Sequence record: MK250021.1
Reading direction: 5' to 3' (one strand)
Length of the DNA stretch: 64,000 nt
This document shows, one piece after another, positions 49,873-63,600 of the stretch. A model generated the notes under the pieces. It did no database searches and had not been told where the DNA came from. It saw only the letters and a program-made list of their open reading frames with translations. Each line of letters begins with the position of its first letter. Within the stretch, counting starts at the first letter, position 1. Both the position numbers and the translations under genes were made by a program.

Positions 49873-52800
49873 TTATATTGCATATCCATTATTACCTTTT
49901 GATTTATTATCAGACTATGCTTCTTGTTTCGCTTGCCATGCTCGCGCTTTAGCATTATCGTCAACGTCAACAAAGTTCTAACCATTAGAAACTAAATATG
50001 TATTTCTATTTCCTTGGTTAATTTTTGTCATTGTCATATGTTTATGTTTAGGAATATCTGGTATATTATCTTGCATCTTCATATGTTGTCTATGTCTATT
50101 TCTTAACTCATCATATGTAGATTCTATTACATCTGCTAATGAAACAAGTTGCTATATATTTGTATCCTTTAATTCATCAGTATTTATGGATGTTAATGCT
50201 TTAATCTTATTAAATAATTGTTTATCTTTTTCCTATGATATTTTAACCATTTTCATTTCTGGATTATAACTAGGATTTTCAATTATATTATCAAATATCA
50301 TAGATGTTGGAACACTTGTACTTGTATTTAATGAAGGCATCTTCATATTAGAAGTGTCATAACTATTATTATAATGATTGTTTACCATTGGAATATTATT
50401 AGTTGAACTATTTAAAATAGGTTGTGTCATTTGCATATCTATTTTACTTTCGTTCAATAATGGTTCAGTCATTACCATATTCTATTGATAATCATTATAT
50501 ACAGGTTGTGTCATTACCATTGATAAACTACTGTCAATTATTTCTGGTGAAAACATTTTCATATCAGGTATTGAAGTATTATCAATAGGTTTAGACATAA
50601 CCATATTTGATAAAGATGTATCATTTATTAATTCAGTCATTACCATATTTGATAAAGATGAACTATCTGTTAATTCAGTAAATTTCATATCAGCTGTAGA
50701 TACATTCATATCTAAATATGTCATATCCATATCTGCTAATGAAATATCTTCATTAGGTTTAACCATAATCATATCAGGTAATGATGTATTCAATTCTGGA
50801 TATGTCATTTTCATATCAGTGGTTGAAACATTCATATCTAAATATGTCATATCCATATCGCCTAATGATGTACTTGTATTTATATATGTCATATCCATAT
50901 CAGGTAATGATATACTTGCATTAAGATATGTCATATCCATATCTGCTGTAGATACATTCTGTTTTATTGAAGTCATTGTCATATCTCCTAATGATGTACT
51001 TGTATTAAGATATGCCATATCCATCTATATTTTTGATGTACTAATATCCATTGGTGTCATCTTCATCTAACCATTCGAAGCACCTGTAATTTCAACTTCA
51101 AACATCTGATTAGTAAATTTAGTATCATCTCCTTTATTTGGTATCATATCCATCTTTGTTTTTGTAAGATACATATCCATTTCTACCATTTGATTATGTG
51201 CTTGTGGTATATCATCACCTTCCAATGGTTGTAAATTATGATGTTCCTTACTAACATTCTATGGATTTGGAATTAAATTCATCTTATTCTTTACTGCATC
51301 CTATGGAACAGAAATAAAATTCATACCATTATGTGAACTATCAATATTGATACCCATGAAATTCATGTCGACTTTACTTGTATCAAAATATGTAGAATCT
51401 TTTTTCATATCCATTTTAGTATGTTCAAGATTCATTTCAGGTTTTACATATGTCATAGAATTATGTGAACTGTCTAACTAAGGTTTAACATATGTCATAG
51501 AATTATGAGATGTATCTATATTTAATTCTACATATGTCATATCTGATTTAGATATATCCATTTCCGGCTTAACATATGTCATAGAATTATGTTCTGTATT
51601 CATATCGGGTGAAACATAATTCATATCAGTATGATCTAAATTCATCTTAGGTTTAACATAATTCATATCTGCATGATCAAGATTCATTTCTGGTTCAACA
51701 TAATTCTAATCATGTTTATCCAAATTCATATCAGGTGAAACATAATTCTAATCAGGTTTATCCAAATTCATTTCTGGTTTAATATAATCCTAATCTGGTT
51801 TATCTAAATTAAATTCAGGAACAACATATGTCATATTATCATGGTCTAGATTCATTTCTGGTTCAACATAATTCTAATCTGGTTTATCCAAATTCATATA
51901 TGGTTTAATATAATTCATAAGATTATGATCAAGATTCATATCTGGGCGAACATAATTCTGTTGAAATTTATCAAGATTCATTTCTGGTTTTATATAATCC
52001 TAATCAGGTTTATCTAAATTAAATTCTGGGATAACATATGTCTAATCTGGTTTATCTAAATTCATTTCAGGTTCAACATATGTCATATCATTATGATTCA
52101 AGTTAAACTCTGGTGATATATAATCATACTATGGTTTATCAAGATTCATATCTAATTCTTGATAATTCTATTTAATCTTATCTAAATTTTCATTAGGTCT
52201 AATATAATTATGTTGAATTTTATCAAGATTCATATTAATACATGGATCTATCAAGATAAAACTTGCATCATCGCCTGTTATTTTTATATTAGGATCTAAT
52301 TGAGCAGCAGATGTATCTATAATTCCTGGATCAACTATATTATAATATGCATCACTTCCAACTACATATGTATTATGTAACATATATTGTATCATTACTT
52401 TGATACGATTTTTCATTTGTTCCTATGCTTTTATAACATCAGGTCCATATAATAATTGTTCATGATCATAAATATAAGATTCTTCATTAGGTCGTTGTAA
52501 ATCATTATAGAATGTATCTCTATCAGGATTTGCGGAATCTCTTACTAATACAGGTCTAGAATGAATAACTTTCTTAAGATATTTCTTCAAATCTTTCCAA
52601 GACTATATAGAATATAAACTATCTCGTACATTTGCCATATGCCATGTATTATCTGGAAGCTGGGGTCCATATACATCTGCCATACCGTATAATCTATCAT
52701 AATCAGAATTATCACCAACTTTATGCGTTATTTCTTTATCAAAATACGCAGTATATTCAGATGGTGTCATGAACATTCTTCTCATCCATCTTGTTCTGAA

Positions 52801-53970
52801 ATTTGCATGATTATCAAAATCAGTTGATGTATAAGAACCTCTTTCTGTAATAGAATCAAAATCAGAAATCCAATTAACTGCGTTTTCAGAAGTTGTACTC
52901 TTTTTAGAATTATCATCCTAATTTGGATCTAATGTATCTATTTTCTTCATCAAACCATTAGAGTAATAAGTCTTTACATTCTTAACACTTATAGTTATCT
53001 TTGTCTCCGCGTCCTTATGTTCATCATATGCAGTAGCGTATTCATTATCCCATATAGATTCTATATCAAACTCACATGGTCCACATTCCAATGCATATAT
53101 AGGAAAATTATTCTAATCAACACTATATACTGCAACTTTATCACCTGTAGATTTATCTAACTTATATCCTGTCTATAATATACGTCTATCAAATACATAT
53201 ATAATCATTTTGAAATATCTGTATATATCAGGTAATATCCATCTTTGCCATACATCATCATATGCTGCTTTCCTATACATCTCCAATAATGTTCTGATTT
53301 TCAAATCAACACCTTCGTAACATTCCAATGTAATCTTTGCATCTTTTAAACGAACACCCTTTGTAGCATCAAATGATGTAAGTTTCTCTAAACCGGATAT
53401 TTTCTTAAATAAATAAGGCATACTTCTTTGAATCTCATACAAACCTTTAACGAATGTTTTTATATAAGAAGCTCTCGCATCTTCATTTCTATTCATTAAA
53501 TAATTATATGTATTATAATGTTCCTGATTACTCCAATTCTCTGTTCTATCAAAATTCAAAAAATTAAGGTTAAGCAACCCCATTGGATATTGATCATAAT
53601 CTTCATAATAGATATTATTGAAAAGACTTGTTTTTTGTTGATTTTTTATTGTTTCTGTATCCAAAACAGAACATCCCCAATCACCAAACTCAACTTTGAA
53701 CATAAGTCTTGTCGGATCTTCAAAACCACTACTGAATATTTCCGAATTCATTTCAGTACCGTATTCATTTCCCATATGAAATCTTTTCATAATTTCATTC
53801 TGTTCCATGAATCTTCCTGATGGTAATGGCCATGTTTCACTATTGGTTACTTTCTCCTCTAATTCATTTGTCTTTGTATCACCAGTAAGTAATGAATTAA
53901 AACCACTTAGGAAATTATATGCTGAATTTGTTCCTTTAACTATATTTTTAACTGCACTAAATAAACTCAT
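49873..53970 (-). CDS. large late protein (1365 aa, TAG=Gln) with two blocks of 13-aa repeats; probably structural
   Basis: Track ORFs 53173-53970, 52603, 52168, 51478, 50482 and 50233 share one frame and are separated only by TAG; TAA at 49873. Confidence 0.8.
50480..51030 (-). repeat. coding tandem repeat, about 14 x 39 nt (MDMTYLNxSTSLxD / MVMTExxxDxSLSN)
   Basis: 13-residue periodicity in track ORF 50482-51024. Confidence 0.8.
51410..52233 (-). repeat. coding tandem repeat, about 21 x 39 nt (MNLDKPDQxYVxPE / MNLDHxDMxYVxP)
   Basis: Recurring forward-strand units such as ATTCATTTCTGGTT..ACATAATTCTAATC..GGTTTATC. Confidence 0.85.
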
Positions 53971-53985
53971 AATTTAAATATCATT

Positions 53986-55536
53986 TTATTTTACTGGTGT
54001 AATGAATGGTGTCTTATTAGGATGATTTGGTGTATCTACCAATATCAATTTACTTTCATTTCTTGTTACTGGTGAATACATATCCAATTTATAATTATCA
54101 CCAATTTCATATTCGTTCTCATATAATCTTATATTACACATCTATAAATTATTTCCCATGTTTTCAATAGTAAATTCATTTATAGAAAAATCAGATATAT
54201 TCCAATCAATAGTTTTATCAGTCTTAAGCACATCTCCTATAACTTTATCATCTATTTCCTTTGGTGAACTTATAACTATTCTCGTTTTATCTGGTGATAT
54301 ATCCAACATTATATAAGACCATATATCAAACTCAAAATTAACAGGTATATGTTTAGATTTATTACCGATCTATATTTGTAATTCATTCTATCTTATAAGA
54401 ACGTCAAACTATATTTTATTATCTTCATCATATCCTCTGATTAATTTATAAATATTAGTCTTATAAATTTTAAGAAACTATGAATTCTCATACCATTTTG
54501 TTAATTTTTTATTTGCTTTAGTCATATCAGATGATTTAATAGCTATACCTAATGAGTCAACACATTCATCTAACTCAACAACGATACCATTAACTTTTAT
54601 TAATGAGCCTCTTGTTATTGTTATATTATCACCTAATTCCAACTATAATGTTGTCGATACTCTGAAATACCAATAATTAGAATCTTTTGAATAATATACC
54701 AATCGAATAACCTAACTATCTAATATATAGCTTGCAAGATTAACCCAACATGAATATATAAGATGATTTCTTTCTGAATTAATTTCATATATTAAATCAT
54801 CATGATATGTAATATTCTTTGTTGCAATAGAAAAATCATAATATGCATTAGATATAAGATTTCCATTAGAACCAAATATTTGATTTGAAATAATAGATTC
54901 TATATCACAGTCTTTCTAAGGATCAACATATGTAGTATTATTATAAGATGTTTCAATAGGTGCATCAACATCTGCAACTTCTTGTGATATTGTATCTCCA
55001 AACAATTCTTCCTATGATGTTGTAAGTTCTTCTACAGAATCTCGGAATTCCTATGTTTCTTGTCTGGAAGCAGATGGACTATATTTAGATAATATGACTT
55101 TATAATATGTTGGAAGTGCTGCTATTGTATAAATTAATTCAGAAGACTATACTTCAAACAATTTGTGATATATCTATACATAAACAATATCTCCTTTCTA
55201 CGGCATTGTATTTACACCAAACATACTTTGCCATTCCTATATTGTTATATTAATTTCCAATGGCTAAACATAATTTAACCCATAAAGATCTATAGTATAT
55301 TCACCAGGATTATAATCAGCGTTAGAAACAATAACTTTAATAGTTTTAGGACATTCCAATCCAACCTATGTTAATGTATATTCCTATAAAACAACATCTT
55401 CAGAATTGATAACAGGTGTTGCTCTTGCCCACAAACAGTCAGTTCCAACAGTCTCTGTTGCTGACTGTTGGATCTCCTTAACTGTTTCATATGCTGATTT
55501 TATAATCTCATTAATATCAATTCCTAAACCTGCCAT
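53986..55536 (-). CDS. neck/head-completion protein, T4 gp14-like N-terminal domain (516 aa, TAG=Gln)
   Basis: W..MFG..TMP(Q)KGDIVYV(Q)IYHKLFEV...Y.V.L.KY resembles the gp14 P.EGDLIY....LFEI motif; open to TAA 53986. Confidence 0.65.
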
Positions 55537-57233
55537 TAGTTATTTAATGTTTCATTTATTTTTGTTTCTATCTATGATATTTCATCGCATATCTTAGATA
55601 AATCATCTATTTGTAATTTTATATTATCCCTTGTATTTTTTAATATATTAACTTGATAAGAACTCATTTGTTTTGTATTTGAATAATCTTTCTTAAATGT
55701 TGCAATATTAACCTAAATTTTCCCATATGATATTAATGAAGATTTTAAAACTTTTGAATATACACCATATAATGTCATTAAAATTTTAAATTTATCTCTA
55801 TCTGTTCTTATAACTTTCTTTATCTCAGAACATAATACCTAACCGGTTTTTGTATATGCTTGTAACTATGGTAATATTTTCTTTAAATCTTCATTAAAAT
55901 TTGAAACACCTATCATAGATCTATTCTTTGCAATTAATGCTTTATATCTCTTTATATTGTTTTCTGCTATTTTATTACAATATTCATCATCACCATATAA
56001 ATCGTTATAATCATACTCTGATAATTTAACACCATAATTAAAATATCTATTCTAATCGCCATTCGCATATGGTTTATATTTACCAAATAAATCTTTTACC
56101 CATTTATATGTCTATCTATTATCAAATGCTTCCCTCTAATCATTCTTACGTTTATTAAAACCATTTTCTGTTTTATAATCATTATAACTTTTTACTGTTG
56201 AATCCGGTAATGTATAATGTTTATCATTAGTTGATCTATATGTAGATACAACAGAACCATTAAAATCCTTATGGACTTCTTCTGGATAATAAATTATTAC
56301 ATAATCATTTAAAGAGGAACCCCAACCTGTACACTTTGATAAATTACTTGCTTTTGATGTTACAGCACCAACAGTTTTTAATTTCATTTTACCATTATGC
56401 TAATTTAAATAAAGATACTTATCAACAAAATCAATACCTACTAAATCTCGTTTATCTCCAATAAATGACATACGTGCAATAGTAGGAAATTTTAATTCAG
56501 TGCCATCATTTAAAGGCATGGCTAATGTATTTACAATAAGATTATCTTTCTTAACAGCATTTTCTATTCTATCTTTAGATATATCATCATTCAAGTACCA
56601 ACGTCTACCTGTTGTCGCAGTAACTAAAGGATTATCATTATCTATTGCAAATAGTTTTAATGTATTATTACAGCTTACAACTAATATTTCTCCTTCTTCA
56701 TTAAACCAAAAACAAAGGTTATCTTTAGATGCTTTATTTACTTTTTCTTTAAGATTTTTATCTTTTTTAATTTCCTATAATGTATATTTTTCAAAATGTT
56801 CATCAGTAAGATTAAATAAATCCATTCTATATTTTGTGAAATAACCATATGTGGCATCAGAAAATGCAATACTTGGGATCAACTATGGATCTGGTTTTAT
56901 AAATAGTTTTGTTGTATAATTTACATATTGGTTAAACAATTCCATATATTTTTTATGTAAAGCACGTTTATCATCATCTGAAACTATACCATCACCTTTA
57001 TAATAAACACTATCTTTAACTTTATTATTCCATGAATTAAATGTATTCTCTATAATAGATTTTAATTCGTTATAACACTATTTTGCTTTATAATACATTG
57101 TACCTGGATAATACATCTTATAATAAATAAACATTCCTCCTTTATCATTCAGAATATCATTAACTAATATATCAGACTAAAGTTTCTCTGTAAGATATTT
57201 TTCTGTTATATATTTCTTTAAACTAAATTGCAT
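55536..57233 (-). CDS. hypothetical late protein (565 aa, TAG=Gln)
   Basis: ATG 57233 (MQFSLKKYITEKYLTEKL(Q)S), open to TAA overlapping the next ATG (TAATG). Confidence 0.7.
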
Positions 57234-57329
57234 AATAATCCTATTTAATATTCTATTTTAATTATTTATTTTGATAATTTGATATATTGCGAAATAAATA
57301 ATAAAACCAATATTTTTATTAATACGGAT

Positions 57330-59951
57330 ATGGGTAGTTTAAATTGGAATAGTATAACAGATCAATATAAAAATCCTTTAAAAAAATACGGCAAAGATAT
57401 ATCGAATGAGAATTTGGATGATGTTATTTCAAAAATGACATCATTAACTGACTCGTCTTTATACTCATAGCAAAATAGTCCATTATATGGTGTATTTAAA
57501 AATGTGCTTGATACTTCTGCAAAGCAAGCTGATGCATTTGAACCAGGTGGATCAATAAATGATGAAATTACTAGTTACCGAGCATGGGATCCTAGGCTTC
57601 ATAGAGTGGACGGATTTGTATCTAGATCTGCGACAAGCGATGATCACCCAACAGTTGTTCCTTTCGCTTCAGAAACAGCAGCAGGAGCATTTTATGATAT
57701 GGTATTTACAATAGAAAAAGGTATCGGTGACAAAATGTCTGAAACTACTGTATATAAAGAAGGAACAAATACTAAAGATTCAAATGACAATGAAAAAACA
57801 TCATCAGATAATACGTTTTATACAGTAGATAAAAATAGTGGTGAAACTATTACAGATGTAAATAAATCAACAAAAAATTTTTATTTACCTAATAAAACAG
57901 GTAGTAATGGAGTAAATGCAGACACAATAAAAAGTTAGATTTTAAATGACGGAGATTCTTATGGTGTGGCTTCTATTGTTAATCCGTATACATTAACAAA
58001 ATTATGTGGAGGCCTTGTAAAAGTCAAAGGAAATAATGATGAAAAAGGTAATAATGCAATAGAAGTAGAAAATCACATGTATGATATTAGAGATTCCCGA
58101 AGATTTTATGGTAATGTAATTGAAGGTGAAAATAATACAGATTTTTTAACCGTTACAAATCCTACGACGACTAATATAATAACATGGAGCAATTAGGATA
58201 GATGGGGACGAACACCATATTATTTTTAGGATTTTGTTTTTTGTAAATATTGGAATATTATACCTAATAACCGTTTAATAACATTAAGAAAGTATCATGC
58301 ACCTGTATATGATAATCTTCAATTTTCAAATATGTTTGATAACAAGAAAACACATCCGTTTGCACCTATTGCTACAGTTGTAACATACTTTGGAGATGAT
58401 ACTGGCAATACATTATCATCATTATTTGGTTTTACCGCCGGTACAAAATGGAGAGAATTAAAATCAGATGTACATGATGTCCAAGGAGATTCTGGTTCAG
58501 ATCCACATGCAGTTATTGATAACATGTTCACAGGCGGTGGCGGATTTTCTACCGGTGAATCTAATATAATGCAACAAGTTATTGGTGGTGCAAATATGCT
58601 TACTGGTAAAATGTTTTCATTAGGTAAATTTGTCGGATTATTAAGTCCAAATGGATATAACATGGGTAAGGATTAGGCAGTATTTGATAAAATCTCATAG
58701 GCGAATGTGGATCCATCAGAACAAATATATGCAAATAAAATTAAAGGCCCTGTTAATAGAATTGAAACGACTAAAGCAAGAGATGCTGGTATTGTATTTG
58801 ATTAGAAATTTAGTTTAACTTGTCAATATGTAGCAAGACCTATTGGTGGTGTTAATACAAAAGCAGCAATGCTTGATATATTATCAAACTGCATGGAAAT
58901 GGCATCTGCTGATGCAGTATTTTGGGGTGGTGGATATAGATTTAATATTAAGCCTCACATGTATCCATTTAAAAATACAGCATTTAAAAATAGAATAATG
59001 GATGATTTATATGCAGGTCGTATATTTGGTAAAGATGGAGCATTATCACATACAGTAGAAGGTATAAAATCATTTGGTACAGATGCATCAGGTAATTTCT
59101 CTTGGAGTGAAATCGGTAAACATTTAAGTGAATATCTTGGTGAGACTTTAGGTGCATTAGGTGAAATGTTCAATACATTACAGAATATGGTTTTTGGTTC
59201 AGGCGGTAGTTCAATTGGAGACTGGTTAAAAGGTAAAGGAAATGATATTGGAGGCGATAGTAGCACAGCTGGTGATAACGGCGCAACAAAACTTAATAGC
59301 TTAGGTAAAAATCTTAATATGATGTGGCGATCAAAAGTTATCCAATCATCAACAATGCCATCCATTACCGGTATGCGTGCATTATTAACAGGTGAAGCAG
59401 TTGGAAACTGGCATTTAACAGTAGGTAATCCTCTAAATCCTATTATGGTAATTGGTAATCTTATCTGTACAGATATGAAAGTAGAAGTCGGAGAAGAATT
59501 AGGTCCTGATGATTTTCCAACAGAATTAAAAGTTGTATATACGTTAGAACATGGTATGCCACGTGATAAATCTGGTATACAATCTATGTTTAATAGGGGT
59601 GGTGGTCGTATATATTAGTTACCTGACTGGATTAGAGCATCTTCTGATTATGAAACAAAAGTTGATAACTATACTGGTGGAAGTAACTTCTATCAACCTT
59701 CATATATGAGTTCGTCAAAACTTATGGCAATATCTGGTGCTCATGGATACTAGACCTTTAAATATGATAAAGGTAAAACACCTGATATAAATGCACATAC
59801 ATCAAATGTTGTTATAGCTAAATTCACACCGCCTGATGTAGATGCAGCTATCAGTAATATAGTTGATAAATCTTCATCATTCTTTGGTTCTAATAATTCA
59901 TCTAGAGCATGGATTAGAGGTACAACAGCTACAAGAAAACTTATGAATTAA
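57330..59951 (+). CDS. putative baseplate / tail-tube initiator protein (873 aa, TAG=Gln)
   Basis: Joins track ORFs 57279, 57504, 57966, 58332 and 58869 in one frame; C-terminal WHLTVGNPLNP..IGNLIC..MKVE....GPDDFPTELKV resembles gp48/gp54-type domains (weak). Confidence 0.6.
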
Positions 59952-59956
59952 TTAAA

Positions 59957-60691
59957 ATGTTTGTATATACAATAGATAAAAAACCAGAAATTACAGATTC
60001 AAAAGGAAATACGATTGTTGATTTTATTAAACCATTATTTAATAATGAATCAACCGGTGTTGCAGATTATCAGATTATGCGTGTAGATGCTGAAAAATAC
60101 CAAATGCGTCCAGATCTCATATCAATGGCAATGTATGGTGATATTGATGAAGCAGAATATATATTAAAATTCTCTGGTATATCAAATCCTTTTTCATTAG
60201 ATAAAGATGATATATTAAAAATTCCTAATGATTAGGAAGTATATGGTATGATGGCGGTTAATTCACCAGATGAAGATACCACAAATACTGTAGATACTGC
60301 AGCTGAAATACGTCATAATTTTAAATATTATGATCCAGAATTAAATCCATATAATAAAGATGGTCAATCATATAGAGATTTGGAAAATAAGAAAATACCA
60401 TCTGGAATTATTGATAAAGGTAAAATTGTCAATAAAACAGGTAATATCATGGTACCATATATATCAGAAGATGGACGAACTGCAGTTACTATCCGAAATG
60501 GTAAAGTATATTTTGGTGAAGATAGTGGTTTAAATATAGCATCATCTGAAAAAATATCACAGGTCGCGAACATTACATCAACCATATAGAATGCAATAAA
60601 TAATACAATGACAAAATTATCAGATTCAAACTGTTTATATAATGGTTCGAACTTAGCAGATTTTGTAAGAACAAATTTTAATAATAACTGA
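59957..60691 (+). CDS. baseplate wedge / LysM-like protein, gp53-like (244 aa, TAG=Gln)
   Basis: RPDLIS..MYG....EYILK.SGISNPFSL..DDIL.IP motif; TGA at 60689. Confidence 0.65.
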
Positions 60692-60698
60692 TTGAAAT

Positions 60699-63600
60699 AT
60701 GAATACAAAATATCCTTTAAATGGTAGACTGGCAACATTAGCAGATTTGGTACATGAATACGGTCCAAATTCTGGATGGCCTAGTAATAAAACATATGAT
60801 CTTTTAACATTAAATGCAGATGACACATAGCCATTTTAGACTTTAATTTTTAAATCTACATTAGATTCTAATAATAAATTTTAGGCGGAAATACCATATG
60901 AAATTGTATATTTTGATGATGTATATTCTAAAAATCAAAAAGATAATAATGGGAAAAATATGAGGCTTATATAGAGAAATGACAGCTCTGTATTTTATAA
61001 TAATGAAGAATATACTACTTATGGTTAGTTAAGTCCATCATCATATATAATTGCAAATATTGTTTCAAATCCTACTAAAATTAAAAATGGTTATTTTGGA
61101 TTCAAATTTATTGGCGCTAATATAGATAAGCAATCACTCAATTATTAGCAATATTATTATAATTATAAGACATCTGATGGAGAAGCTACTGTTATGTATG
61201 CGCTTAGAAATATATTATATATATTAAAAAAGTCAAGTAAGACGAACGATAATTAGAAAAAACATTTTATTAATAGTATTTTTTCAGATTATACTGAATT
61301 AAAAAATTCAGACTATTATAAGAATGAGGAAAATAAACCTATAATGGTAGATGTTATAAAAGATATATTAGATAATACAGATAAAGAATTTTCATCATGG
61401 CAATTAGATACAGATGCATATAAATATTTAGGTGATGCTATATGGACTTCAAAACATATATATTATAAAAATTATACAAGTGAAAAAGATAGTACAAAAA
61501 ATGAATATGAACAAAATATTGTAAAAAAAGCTCGAGCTGCTAAATATTTTACTAATGCCATTGTTAAATTCAATAATTTAAATAATACTATACGTACTAT
61601 ATTAGATATTAATACTACGCAAAAAAATAACTATTATTCATATAATAGTATATTTGATGATTCATTATATAGGAGATTATTATATTTTTTTGACTTATTT
61701 TTAAATTCATAGCGTTTTTTTATAAGTTTTGTAACATCATTTAGATTTTCAAAAATTTCGAATTATTCATATTTATAGAAAGATCCAGTTTTAAGGTGTG
61801 ATTTGGGTGTAATGCAGTTATATGAATATATTATAATATAGAATGCTGTACATGATTGGCAAACAGCATTGCCCGCTGGTGAAATAACATATAATACATC
61901 TATAAATATTATTATACAATATAAAGTAAAATATAAAAATTTAACGCAACTTAGTAATATAATAACAACAACATTAGGACCTATTACATTTGATGATATT
62001 AGAAAATATAGAACACCTACTGTTAAAGATACAAATGGAAATAATGTTGAAAATGATATATGGTATGCATTAAAGACATACCCAAAGAATAGTAGTACGT
62101 TACCTAATGAAATAAATCCTAATTTACATGGTAATTCTATTACACCAGGATTATATAGTACAAATACTATTCTATATGGAACATCGTTTTTCCCAGCTTT
62201 ACCTCATAAAGATTTTGAAAATAATAATGATTATAATATTAGTAAAGTAAATTATTCATTAGGACTATTAAGATGGCCCGTTGGTGAAAACTTAACATTG
62301 TTATCATTAGATGATGTAAAGAATTCAATGAATAATCCTAATTTCATTAGTCCTATAACAAATCAAAAAAACTATGCAGATACAAGTGACGAAAATTTAT
62401 TTGGTGAAAATGATCCTAATGATATTATTAAAAAAAGTGGCATAGCTCCATTTGGTGTATTACGTATACATACTTCATTAGATACATCAGACGAAAATAA
62501 ATACGGTTCATCTATCTATTTTGATATAAAATTATATAGATGTAAAAATTATTATTATATATCTACGGAGAATGCTGATAGTGACGATGCAAATGTTTAT
62601 GCATATTTTATGCCAAAGTATACAGATACAACGCCTTATATATCATTACCAATAATTAAATTAAAAAATGATGAAGACAATAGTATAAATAATATTATCA
62701 CCGAATTAGATAAAAAATTTAAGGATGGATATATTTACTCAATACCATCTCATACAATTATTACATATTTTACAATTCAAAGTGGAACTGCAAAAACAAT
62801 AATATATGCATCTGGTAGAACTGATACTCAAAATAATCTCGGTTCTGATACATATACAAATAAAAATTAGATTACGTTCTATTATTATGTAGAAGATAGC
62901 AATGAATGGGTACAAGTAACTGGCGATTATATAAATATTAATTCAAATCCATCTGGAAATAATATAAGTAAACAATATGAAATAACTTTTAATTTATCAC
63001 AAAATTATCATCAATATTGGCGATTTACATTAAATAATATAAATTAGTATTATTATTTTAGATGTAATTATTATGATAAACCAAAAGATAACACATCATT
63101 TATAAATATGACTATACATCATCTTTTTGTATCTGATGAATCTTTAATATAGGGAATGATAGAATATCAATTAGGTATGAGAAACCAACAGGATAAATCT
63201 ACAAATCAAATATCATTAAAATATGCAGTATATAATACAATTACTGATATTAGAAATGATAATGAAAAACCTAATGATAAGTCATCATTATCAATTATAG
63301 AACATGCAATTAATAACGCTGAACAATAGAATGTTATTATATGTATTGATAAAACAATATACATAGAACCTATTGCTTTTAAATCAACAGAACGATATGT
63401 ATCAGAAAAATTTTATGGAAATATATATAGTCCGTTCCATGTAGCATATGAAACAAAATCATTTGATGGTATCTCAGAGTTTAATATACAAAAACAAATA
63501 TATGGATATAATTTTAATTCATGTGCATTATTTGATAAAACTTCAGAATCACGTGTAAAAATAGAAAAACTATATAAAAAAGAAAGTGTAAATGTATATT

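Noticed and set aside
50480-52233. Regular ~39-nt repeats that could be mistaken for a CRISPR array
   Set aside because: Units are degenerate, have no unique spacers, keep a multiple-of-3 period and translate as protein repeats within one TAG-readthrough ORF.
839-60768. Numerous short antisense or alternate-frame ORFs (e.g. 1514-1753, 9498-10031, 21978-22409, 28872-29087, 33770-34126, 58319-58663, 58955-59365)
   Set aside because: They shadow longer, motif-bearing genes on the opposite strand or in another frame and have no recognisable motifs or start context.
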